Positions 1 through 11,158 of a stretch of 64,000 nucleotides of DNA are shown in pieces. The stretch is from positions 25,670,001 through 25,734,000 of the forward strand of contig CM052816.1 of the NCBI GenBank assembly GCA_028534125.1, in the 5' to 3' direction. The position numbers were made by a program, and so were the translations under genes. How positions within the stretch are numbered: the stretch's first letter is position 1; the number at the start of each line of letters is the position of its first letter. This DNA is from Lama glama (lineage: Eukaryota). The notes beneath the pieces are model-generated. The model made no database searches, was not told the DNA's origin, and saw only the letters and a list, made by a program, of their open reading frames with translations.

Positions 1-1195
1 AAACCATAAATTCCTAGAAGAAAACACAGGTGGTAAACTACTTGACATCAGTCTTTAGGATGATTTTTTGGATCTGACTCCAGAAGCAAAGGCTACAAAA
101 GCAAAAATAAACAAGTGGGAAGATAGTAAAACTAAAAACCTTCTACACAGCCAAGAAAACCATCAACAAAATGAAAAGGCAACCTACAGAATGGGAGAAA
201 ATATTCGCATATCTTACATTGAATAGGAACTAATATCCGAAATATATAAAGAACTCATCCAATTAACAACAACAACAGAAACAACCCAATTAAAAAATGG
301 GCAGAGAATCTGAAAAAACATCTTCCCAAAAAGACATACAGGTAGTCAACTGGTACATGAAAAGATACTCAGTCTAACTGATCATCTGGGAAATGTAAAT
401 CAAAACACAATGAGATATCTCCTCATACCTGTTTGAAGGGCTATTATCAAAAAGATAAGAAATAACAAATGTTGGCAAGGATGTGGAAAAAAGGGAACCA
501 TTGTGGAAATGCAGACTGGTGCAGTCACTATGGAAAGCAGTATGGTGGTGTCTCAAAAATCTAAAAATAAAACTACCATATGATCCAGCAATTCCACTAC
601 TGGGTATTTATCCAAAGATAAATGAAAACTTATAATATGCATCCTCATGTTAACTGCAGCATTATTTACAATAGGCAAGACATGGAAATAGCCTAAGTAT
701 ACACTGATGGATGAATGAATAAAGAAAATGTGAGCTAGAGAGATGGACAGATGGATACATAGGTAGATTCACACACATGCATACCTACATGTATATGTAT
801 GCAATTCAGCCATAAAAAGAATAAAATAGTGCCATTTTTGAAAGCATGAATGAACATTATGTTAAGTGAGTTAAGTCAGACAGAAAGACAAATACTGTAT
901 GATCACATTTACTTGTGGCATCTTTAAAAAAAAAATAGAGTTCATGGATACAGAAAACAGATTAGTGGTTGCCAGAGGCATGGGTCGGGGTTGGGGGTGA
1001 TGAGCAAAATGAGCGAAGACGGTTGCTAAGAGAATAAATCTTAAAAGTTCTCATCACAAGGGAAAAAACCCTGGCTGAGGATGGATGTTAACTAGCCTTA
1101 CTGTGATGATCATTTCACAGTATATATCGAATCATTATGTTGTACACCTGACACTAATATAATGTTATGTCCATTACAGTTCATTTTTTAAAAAT
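1..1195 (+). mobile_element. L1 LINE 3' part (end of ORF2 plus 3'UTR), L1MA8/9-like, degenerate; runs off the window start
   Basis: Typical ORF2 3' motifs (CAAAAGCAAAAATAAACAAGTGGGA; CCATATGATCCAGCAATTCCACTACTGGGTATTTATCCAAAG) and an L1MA-type 3'UTR (GTTGCTAAGAGAATAAATCTTAAAAGTTCTCATCACAAG...TGTTGTACACCTGA). Reading frame is broken. Confidence 0.93.
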
Positions 1196-3809
1196 TGAAT
1201 GCCCACAAGTTGCCTGGCTCCTCTGGAAACACTGCTCCTGGGCTTGTAACTGACTAGGCCACGAGGAAGAGGCCCTTTTATACTATACATGGCGTTTTAC
1301 GTTGTCACTCTTAGATCCCAGTCACAGCTCGTGCAATATTGGTTTCTCATTCTGTGCCTGTACCTGGGCTGATGTAAATGACTGTGTTACAAGTGTTCCT
1401 ACATCCATGTGATTTGAGAAAATTACTAACCTCAGCAGCTTCATCTCTGAGATCCCAGGGGTGCTCTCCCAACTCCAGGAGACAAGTCTCTTTTGAAACC
1501 AGCTGAGGTTTCAGGGGACAGGGCTTTGGCTGTCTATCTGTATTTAACCTCTGCCTAAAAACACCACCATGGAAACATTTTCACATTCATGCCACTGTGC
1601 AGGTTTTGGCAATAGATGGCTACTTTGCCCTCCTGGTACAGTGTGGGCCCTATGGCACCAGAAGAGCACAGTCTGAAAATAGAAACACGGACTGTTTCGT
1701 GGCCATTGAATAGGAAGGCTAATAATAGCATTGTTTCATTGTTTGGCAGGGACTCAAGGCTACCCTAGCCAAGGAGCAGCACACACTACAGTAACCAAAT
1801 CATAAAACTTCTCCAGGGAATAGTGCAGCTTTTCAGAACATGTTTTATATTCTAGGATTGCTCGGGAAGGAAATAGTTTGGAAGTTGTTTTGACATCAGC
1901 GTGGTTTGTTTCCAAGTTGAAGGCAGGGGGGTGGGTAGGGGGCGGCTGAAGAGATGAGCCAGGAGGTCTGTGGCAGAAGGGATGCAAAAATGTGTGGTTA
2001 AAGAGTTCCTGACAGGTGGTGAGAGGGCTGTGGCTCTGGCGGGGAGTGTGTCCCTGTCAGGTTCCCAGGGGACTCTCAGCATTGCCTTTCACACTCCCGT
2101 TCTGTTTATTTCTGTTGAACTTAAAGAGTGACCTTTTGCAAACTACAGTTCAGCATTGCAGTTCAGCATTGACCCACATGCTTTTCTGAGACCTCATTTC
2201 CCTGAATGCCTTCCTTGTTCCTGCAGAGGAGAACTCTGTTCGAGAAAATAGGAAGAGGCTGAGAAGAAAGAGCACTGGAATGGAAATCTTTGAGGCATGG
2301 AATCCTGCCTGCTATTAATAATTTAGAAGTGTTTTTAATGCCCTGATATGGAAAGAAGGGGTTTTATTTTTTTGACACCAAAGGCATCTAAATATTAATT
2401 TCAGAGGAATTGGTTGTTACAAGCAGTTAACATCCATTTTGTTAGTTGACCTCCCAAGGAAGGTTAATGCACTAAAATCTGGTCATTAAGTATAGTAACA
2501 AATGTTTTTTCAGGGAGGTTATTACTATCATAAACTCTAATCCATGGTTCACAGGCAGCAGCCTCTAGTGCGGTGCTCTGACTAATGAAGAATTAACTAT
2601 TTCTGAGCACTTAATAAAGATTTTTTTTCTCCCACCAATCAACATACTCTACATGATCCTTATAATTACTAAAAGCATTAGGCTCCTGGTATGAGTTGCC
2701 CACATGTCAGACCGGAATTCTGCTCTGAGTAAATGACAAATGGCAAACCTAATCCCATTTCACTTAATTTTTTTTTCCTAACATGTTCACTGAAATAAGA
2801 AATAATGGAATTCCTAAGTATTAGAAAAAGATGGTCTGGTATGAAGCATGTGCCAAATGAGAATTGATGAGGTCTTTAGTCATATTTTATTGTGATGGAA
2901 GATTTTAGCTGTGGTTTAGTTCTTGCTAGAATTGAGAAGTTAATTGGCTACAAACAGTTTTTTGCTCATTGTTTTATTTTGTTTTTCTGTTATTAAAGAG
3001 TGCGCTTACCCACAAGAATGCGGGAGGCAGAGACTTGTATGAGAAACACTAATATCTACATCACAACAATAAGAGGGAAAAGGTACAACCTAACCTTTCC
3101 AAAAGGCCTCGGGGCAGTGTTTTGCTTTTCAATGGAAAGGTCTTCCAGAATTAATTAAAGTCACTTTCCCGCTGAGGACAGAGCACCGGGCTTTACTTTG
3201 AAGGCTCAAAGAAAGTTGCTTAGACCAATTTCTTAGAGACCCGAATTTAAAGCAACACAGCCAAACCATGGGTCAGCCTTTGAGAAGAAGTAATCTTTTG
3301 GAATCAAAAGTCTGAGCAGTTAATACACTGAGGCGTTAGGTGCCTCTAAAGACATAGGCCAGACTTGATAGTGTAAAACTTAAAAAGAGTCGCTTACTTT
3401 TCCCTCAGATGATCACCTCTCATTCACGTAGAATCGGTCTTCACATTTCCAAATAGCCTTTCACCTCCTTATTTTTAACCTCAGCCAAGTCCTGTCTTTG
3501 AGACAGATGCCCCTGTATTGAACAGGGAGGGAGTTTGGAAACCTTACTTAACCAAAATAAAAGGGACACTGTCTTGGGGGGAACAAAAGTATTTTGGAAA
3601 GGTTTGCATTACATATAAAAGCTTTAAAGAGGCCAGATACACTGCAGTAGCTCCTCATGTTGGAATATTTTTTGTGGAAGATTCAGCACAGTGTGCCCAG
3701 ATAAGTGACCAAAACCAATAGGGCTGGGTCATCTGCACACGTTATGACTGTATCATTGGCATGCGTGGCAGTTTGCTTGCTTGAAAATAACTGCATTAAT
3801 TTCCCACTT

Positions 3810-3925
3810 CCCAGTGACGGCAGATGACTTAGACTTTCTGAGCCTCAGTCTCCCCATTTGTAAAATGATACCCTAATATCTTTGAGGAATAGTTGTAAAG
3901 ATGAGTAATTATACCTGGTAGAGAG
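3810..3925 (+). mobile_element. MIR SINE fragment
   Basis: Core-like CTGAGCCTCAGTCTCCCCATTTGTAAAATG followed by a GTTGTAAAGATGAG-like tail. Confidence 0.65.
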
Positions 3926-4259
3926 GGGCCTAAGACATACTAGTTAAAATTTGCCTCTCACTGTGTCCATTGCTTTATGTATTTTACATTTTATGAAAGT
4001 GACTAGAATCCTAAAACATGCCACAAAAAACCTTTTGGGTTCAAAATGAGAAGCAAGGAGGAATAACACATTAGCCTGACTTCTGAGAACTGGGCTTTTA
4101 CTGAGTCCAGCTCATCGATCACAGCCCCATCACTGGACACAAAGCCTCCCTGGTTCCCTCAGCCAGAAATAAACCTTCCAGCCTCTGTGTTCTAATTTGC
4201 TTTGTACTTCGCAAATACCATTCTTCACGCTCATTCTTTGCTCAGAGTTATTTGTAGAC

Positions 4260-4395
4260 AGATCTTGGATCTGTATTCCCAATGCTTAGTGCAGTGCCTC
4301 AAACACAAGGACTAAAACGGATTCATGAATTTCACTAACCTCTCTCCTGGGTATTTTGCCTGCCTGACCCATGGTGGGTGAGTGAATGAATGAAT
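4260..4395 (+). mobile_element. L2 3'-end fragment
   Basis: TATTCCCAATGCTTAGTGCAGTGCCT and a terminal (TGAA)n repeat typical of the L2 tail. Confidence 0.45.
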
Positions 4396-4774
4396 TACTT
4401 TGGAGGTCATCTGCTCTTTACTCTCTCATCATCTATCCTCCCTCTCACTTTTTTTTTTTTCCACTTCTAAACGGAGTCTCTAGAATTTTGCCCTCTCCTT
4501 CCCCACTATTTCCCCTCAGTTGATCAGTTGACAGTAAAAAGAGAGCCAGGAGGCAGTTGTTTGGATGACTGGATCATTTCTAAGCTGGGTGTGTGGAGAT
4601 CAGGGGTTTCCTGCACTTGGAAAAGGATTCTAAAGTGAATACGATAAATAGGAGCTGAGACTCCATAAAGATGTATCAGAGTGTCTTCTGAAGTCACTGG
4701 GTCCCCCGTATCCTTATTGCTGTATCTCTCACTGCTCACAGAAATCACAGAAAAGAGAGGTTAACATTCTAGGA

Positions 4775-4885
4775 TTACTAGTGATTTGCTGTGCTGACCT
4801 TTGGTATGCTCTTTAACCTCTTTCAACTCTAGTTTTCTCATCAATAAGAGCTTACCCGAATACTAACAACTTCATAGGCTTACTT
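4775..4885 (+). mobile_element. MIR fragment
   Basis: GCTGTGCTGACCTTTGG...TTAACCTCTTT...AGTTTTCTCATC resembles the MIR core. Confidence 0.5.
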
Positions 4886-6635
4886 AGTAAGTCACAAGAT
4901 AAGGGAGGTAAAGAACTTAGGTGAGACAAAAGTATGATATAAAAAATATTACCACTGGACCTGGACATTCAAAGAGGATCAGATAAGCTGGTATAACTTT
5001 CTTTTCCTTAATGATTAATATAATCTGAATCAACATCTTAATCATGAAAAAAATTAGATTTGCTTGAAAAAAAATATTAAAATCAGGAAGGAGCCAGGGA
5101 AAGAAAGTTTGATTCATTGTCATAATAGAATAAGAATATTGCCGTGGTCACTCATAATGCTCTGTGCTCCCCACCCTCCCAATGAATATCCAGTTCATTT
5201 GGAATAATCAACATGGTGAGATGCTAACAAATTACAATGATATTCTTAGGTAGATCAGTGGTAGAAATTGAGTCTATCCACTTAATACCCACCCCCTTCA
5301 CCTCAGCACGTGCACGTGGTCATTATTTCAAGGTGAGCAGATGGTCTCAGTGACTCTTCGCAAACCTGGCCATATGTAATTTCCCTTCTCTCCACCAATC
5401 CAGTCAAGGCAGTTCTGAAATGGAGTGAATGAATTTAAGTACAGAGTTGACACTGCATTGAGAACCGGTACTTCCTTCTAAGGAAGAGGAATGGGAATGC
5501 TTGGAAACACTCAGTCGAGAGAGTAATTGAAAATACGTTCAATGTCTTCATTCTCTGAGACTACGTGTGAGCAAGTGTGCATCTGTAGTCGCTCTTTCAG
5601 GAAATGTGTATGTTTCTGTTTTGATTCTGAAGTTTCCCTCTGCTGCGGGTAGATTTCACAGAGGGGTTCCAGCTTGTAAAGGTTAACGGTGCAGAAATCA
5701 AGGCTTTGTGCATTTTTGCAAAGGTCACACTCATCAGCTGTTCCGGAAAGACTGCTGGGCTGGGCCATGGTAACCACTCCACGACTGAACCATGGCTCTG
5801 GGTTTCATTTCCTTGAGAACCCCTCCACAGTCCCTGGTTGTGTCACCGAGAGAGAGAGAGGCTGCTCAGTCACTTGAAATTCAATTTGTACGTTACTCAA
5901 ATCCAGCCCACCTCTTTCCTTCATGGTGTTTGGCAGCTGCTTGCTGGCACTCTGCATTTCTAATGCCTGAGCTGCAGGAAGCTGTTTAATAAATGGCATA
6001 GGTTTTGATTAATGTAACAAGCTGAAAATAGACCATGATGTAATGCATATCTCAGCAAGAATCACAGATCAAATTGGACAGTTTCAAGGGACTGTGCTGT
6101 AGCAGAGAGTTTTCTCCAAAGAAATGTGTTTTATGTTTCTGTAGCACCTTGAAGGGTCAGACTGCAGAATGTGTACACTTTAGACCTGGAAGCCTGCCCT
6201 GGGGGTCTATGAATAACAATTATAGTTGACCACACAAGAAGCTCCAGAGAAAACGAGATACTTGACTCTGACTCGGGTCTATGAAGGATTATCTATACTT
6301 CACTGGAAGCCCTGCTATTATTATTTTTTTAAACCACAGATAGTAACAGAAATGATAGTAAAGTTCTGGTGGTATCTGTAAACACAGTTATTTAAGTCAT
6401 GCACTTAGTTTCATCTAATGATCTAAACACCTCACATAGCCCTATTCAGCAAGGCATTGATTTAAACTTTCCTCAGTAGGTAAAATAATTGGGATTCATG
6501 TTGCTCAGTTTTAGAGAGATCAGTGAAAAGAAAAACAATAGCCTCATATGCCAAGATCCCCTTATATTTGCTGAGAAATGGTGTATTGTGTAAAAGAAAT
6601 GTGGGTCATTGTTCTCAATTAAGTGTGCAGTATTA

Positions 6636-6733
6636 GGGAGTGAGGAATAGCTCAGTGGGAGAGCACATGCTTTGCATCCACAAGGTCCTGGGTTTAATCC
6701 CCTGTTAAAAAAGAAAAATAAAGAAAAAAAAAA
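6636..6733 (+). mobile_element. tRNA-Ala-derived SINE, Vic-1-like (camelid)
   Basis: GGGAGTGAGGAATAGCTCAGTGGGAGAGCACATGCTTTGCATCCACAAGGTCCTGGGTTTAATCCCCTG with A box (TAGCTCAGTGG), B-box-like GGTTTAATCCC and A-rich tail; possible degenerate TSD AAGTGTGCAGTATTA / AAGTTAGCAACATTG. Confidence 0.85.
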
Positions 6734-7378
6734 GTTAGCAACATTGAAAGGTTAGAAATGAGTCTAGAACATACTAAAAGGAAGCAAAAAAGGAAAGAAC
6801 TTCATTGCCCTTAATTACTGCTTACTGAATTCATACCTTGTGAGTTGCTTGAAATCACTTTGAGAAGTGAAAGTGTAGTGTGTGTGTGTGTTGGTGTGGG
6901 GTGGTAGAATAGGGGTAAGAGATGAAGGCAATCATTTTCTCTTCCTACAAACAGAATTAGATTTCAGGAAAATTTTTTACATTTCTGTTTTCCCTCCAGG
7001 TTAATTTCACTTTGCCACTATGAGAATTTGTATAATTTATGAATGATCTCACACTCTGGTTACTGTAAAGAAGTTGACTTGTTAAGACTTACACTGCCTG
7101 CAAGGGAGAGCCGAAATTAATATTGTTAGGCCTTTTGAGTGATTTTTTTTTCCTGAACTTGCCTGTCTAACCAAAGTACTTTCTTATGGGATATTCAACT
7201 AACACAGCCAAGGTCATAGAATCAATAAAAATAAGTTAACTTCAAACAGAGCAAAACTCTCCCAGCTACTGACCACAGGTCTCACCAAGCCAATCATTTA
7301 ACAAGAGATTATCAGCAATTAAATAAAATCTATCATCATGCCATGAGGAACAACGAAAATTGCTTAAACCATACTATC

Positions 7379-9726
7379 CAGACACACCTTGTTTTATTGT
7401 ACTTCACTTTATTCCACTTCACAGAATTTGCATTTTTTATAAATTGAAGGTTTGTGGCAACCCCACGTCCAGCAGGTCTGTCGGCGCCATTTTTCCAACA
7501 TCATTTGCTCACTTTGTGTCCCTGTCAAATTTCTGAAATTCTCACAATATTTCAAACTTCTGTTGTTGTTGTTAGATTTGTTATGGTGATCTGTGAGCAG
7601 TGATTTTTGATGTTTCTTTTGTAATTTTGGTGGGGAAGGGGCGCCATGTACCACATCTGTATCAGATGGTTAACATAATCGATAAACATTGTGTGTGTGC
7701 TGACTGCTTCACCATCCAGCTGTTCCCCCACCTACTTTCCCTCATCTCTGGCCTCCCTCTTCCCTTAGACACAACAGTATTGAAATTAGGCCAATAAATA
7801 ATCCTACAATGGCCTCTAAGTGTTCAAGTGAAAGGAAGAGTCACACATCTCTCACTTTAAATCAAACACTAGAAATGATTAAGCTTAGTGAGGAATGCAT
7901 CTGGAAAGCCAAGATAGGCTGAAAGCTAGACCTCTTATGCCAAACAGGTAGCCAAGCTGTGAATGCAAAGACAGGTTCTTGAAGGAAATTAAAAGTGCTA
8001 CTCCAGTGAACACACAAATGCTTTGAAAGCAAAACAGGTTTATTGCTGAAATGGAGAAACTTTTATTGGTCTGGATAGAAGATCTAACTAGCCATGACAT
8101 TCCCTTAAGTCAAAACTAATCCAGAGCAAAGCCCAAACTCTCTTCAATTCTGTCAAGGCTGAGAGAGGTGAGGAAGCTGCATAAGAAAAGTTTGAAGCTA
8201 GCAAAGGTTGGTTCATGAGGTTTAAGGAAAGAAGCCGACTCCTTAACGCCAGAGTGCAAAGTGAAGCAGTAAGTGTTGATGCAGAAGCTGTAAGTTATCC
8301 AGAATATCTAGTGAAGATGATTAATGAAGATGGCTACACTAAACAAGAGATTTTTAATGTAGACAAAATAGCCTTATCTTGGAAGAAGATGCCATCTAGG
8401 ACTTTCATAGCTAGAGAGGAGAAGTCAGTGCCTGGCTTCAAAGCTTCAGAGGACAGGCTGACAGTTGTTAGAGGTCAATTCAGCTGGTGACTTGAAGTTG
8501 AAGCCAGTGCTCATTTACCATTCCAACAATCCTAGGGCCCTTTAGAACTATGCTAAATCTACTCTGCCTGTGCTCTCTAAATGGAGCAACAAAGCTTGGC
8601 TGGCAGCACATCTGTTTGCAACTGCTCAGAAAAAAACATTCCTTTCAAAATATCAGTGATCATTGGCCATGCACCTGGTCACTCAAGAGCTCTGATGGAG
8701 TGATTTGAGGTGAACACATATAGAGGGAGACACAAGGCCTGCTAACACAGCATCCATTCTGCAGCCTGTGGATCAAGGAGTCATTTTGACTTTAGAGTCT
8801 CATTACTGAAGAAATAGATTTTGTAAGGCTATAGCTGCCATAGGTAGTGATTCCTCTGACGGATCTGGGCAAAGCCAATTGAGAACCTGCTGGAAAAGAT
8901 TTATCATTTTAGATGCCATTAAGAACATTACTGATTCATGAGAAGAGATCCAGATATCAACATTAACAGAAGTCTGGAAGAAGTTGATTCCAACCCTCAT
9001 GAATGGCAGTGAGGGGTTGAAGACTTCAGTGGGGGAAGTTACTGCAAATGTGGTGGAAATTTAGAATTAAAAGTAGAGCCTGAATTGCTGCAATGTCATG
9101 ATAAAACTTTAATGGATGAATAGTCACTTCGTATAGATAAGCAGAGAAAATGGTTTCTTGAGATGGAATCTACTCCTGATGAAGGTGCTGTGAAGATTGT
9201 TGAAATGACAACAAAGTATTTAGAACATTACATACACTAAGTTGATAAAGCAGCAGCAGGGTTTGAGAGGACTGACTCCAGTTCTGAAAGAAGTTCTACT
9301 GTGGATAAAATGCTGTCAAACAGCATTGCAGGCTACAGAGAAATCATTCATGAAAGGAGGAGTCTGTGAATGTGGCAAACTTCATGTTGTCTTATTCTGA
9401 GAAATTGCCAAAGCCACCTCAGCCTTCAGCAGCCACCACCCTGATTAGTCAGCAGCCATCTACATCAAGGCAGGACCCTCCCCCAGCAAAAAGATTATGA
9501 ATCGCTGAAGGTTCAGATAAAGGTTAGCATTTTTTAGCAGTAAGTGTTTTTAATTTAGGCATGTACATTATTTTTTAGACATAATGCCATTGCACACTTA
9601 ATAGACCACAGAACAGTGTAAACGTAACTGGTATATGCAGCACTGGGAGACCAAAATCAGTGTGCCTCACTTTATTTCGGTATTTGCTTTATTGTGGTCT
9701 GGAAGTGAACCCATAAGGTGTGCCTG
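7379..9726 (+). mobile_element. Tigger1 (pogo/TcMar) DNA transposon, near full length
   Basis: Terminal inverted repeats CAGACACACCTT (7379) and AAGGTGTGCCTG (ends 9726), 11/12 complementary; TA follows the right end; about 2.35 kb; contains a transposase remnant. Confidence 0.96.
7809..9240 (+). pseudogene. Tigger1 transposase remnant (TIGD1-like), disrupted; 3' end approximate
   Basis: ATG at 7809 reads MASKCSSERKSHTSLTLNQTLEMIKLSEE, then a premature TGA at 7920-7922; ORF 8215-8490 gives RFKERSRL...[14 protein letters not shown]...[28 protein letters not shown]; further frameshifts downstream. Confidence 0.92.
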
Positions 9727-10147
9727 TAATGGTTTGAATGATGCACCTTAAAAAGTTACGTCCCCTGGAACCTGTGAATGTGGCCTTCTTTGGAAAAAGG
9801 GTCTTTGTAGATGTACATAAGTTAAGGATCTTGAGATGAGATTATCGTGGATTGGGGGGTTCCTAAAGATAATGTCAGATTTTCTTGAGAGGAGAGGAGG
9901 GGAGAAGACAGATGCACAAAGGAGTCAACTTGAAGACTAAGACAGGGAATGCAGTGATGTGTCTACAGGCCAAGGAGCACCAAAGATTGCCAGCAGAGAC
10001 CAGAAGCTAAGAGAGAGGCATGAAATGGATTCTCCCTCAAAGCCCCCAAAAGAAACAGCTCTGAACGCCTTGAGTTTGGACTTCTGACCTGCAGAACTGT
10101 GAGGGTATAAAACTGTCACCCAGGTTGTGGTCCTGGGAATTCATATG
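9727..10147 (+). mobile_element. MaLR solo LTR, MLT1C-like
   Basis: GAATGTGGCCTTCTTTGGAAAAAGGGTCTTTGTAGATG, TCTACAGGCCAAGGAGCACCAAAGATTGCCAGC, GGACTTCTGACCTGCAGAACTGTGAG. Confidence 0.88.
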
Positions 10148-10695
10148 CATGACTGAGAGCATTATGTTTGTATGACGAAAAAGAGAACAAGCTGGTAGAA
10201 AAGTGGATTGGTGACACATTGCATGAGGCGTGTCTGCAATATATTCTTCTTTAAATATGTGTTATTGTTCATTTATACCCTGCTTACCTAAAATATGTAA
10301 ATGAGATGTCTTACCATCAAAACACAGGTACATTAAAAACAAAGATGATTAACAAAGAATAAGGAAACCCCAGCCTGCAACAAACTAGAGAAGTTGAGAA
10401 GAAAACCATAGGTGAGAAAAAACAAAAATTGGGGGTGCAGTGATCTCAACATCCAACAAAAGGAGTACTGAGTTTTTAGCTAAATTTAATAAACTTTGTT
10501 TGAAAGGCAGTGATTCTCATCAGTAAATGGTTATGGAAATAAGTATACACACTGAGAAGTGAAATGCAGTCTGTTCTGGTGTCACACATGCCTTTCTGAT
10601 GGACACAAGCTCATATGCATTTGTAAATAAGAAAGCAATGTGAACCTAACTGGGAAGTCCTACTAGTTCTTATGTGAGTTTTTCCTAGCTCACTC

Positions 10696-11158
10696 TGTTG
10701 GTCAGGGTTCTCCAGAGAAACAGAACCAATAGGAAATATATGTTTATATTTACATTTAATTTATACCTATATTTATATAGAGAGATTTATCACAGGAATG
10801 GGCTCACATCATTACGGGGACTGAGAAGTCCCATGATCTGCCATCAGCAAGTTGGAGACCCAGCAAAGCCAGTGGTGTAATACAGTCTAAGTCCAGAAGC
10901 CTGAGAACCAGGAGTGGGGTTGTCAGAGGGCAGGAGAAGATTAGATATGTCAGCTCAAGCAGGGAATGAATCCACCCTTCCCCTGATTCTGTGTTCTGTT
11001 CCGGCCCTCATATGATTGGACCACATGATGAAGGCCATCTTCTTTCCTCCTTTACTGATTCAAATGCTTCTCTCTTCCAGATGCACCCTCACAGACACAC
11101 CCAGGTATCTGGGCGTGCCTTAGCCTAGTCGAGTTGACATCCAAAAATAACTATCCCT
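10696..11158 (-). mobile_element. ERVL solo LTR, MLT2 (MLT2C-like)
   Basis: GTCAGGGTTCTCCAGAGAAACAGAACCAATAGG at one end and CCTAGTCGAGTTGACATCCAAAAATAACTATC at the other, matching the reverse complement of MLT2. Confidence 0.88.

Noticed and set aside
6636..6705. Possible tRNA-Ala gene
   Set aside because: The acceptor stem does not pair, the T-loop is mutated (GTTTAA), and it runs into an A-rich tail, so it is a SINE.
6975..7005. Strong-looking splice acceptor (TTTCTGTTTTCCCTCCAG|G); similar ones near 11575 and 20010
   Set aside because: I could not link a convincing coding frame and donor site to any of them. Non-coding exons cannot be excluded without RNA data.
7809..9240. Domesticated TIGD1-like transposase gene
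   Set aside because: In-frame TGA at 7920, multiple frameshifts and deletions, and both TIRs present: a decaying transposon copy.
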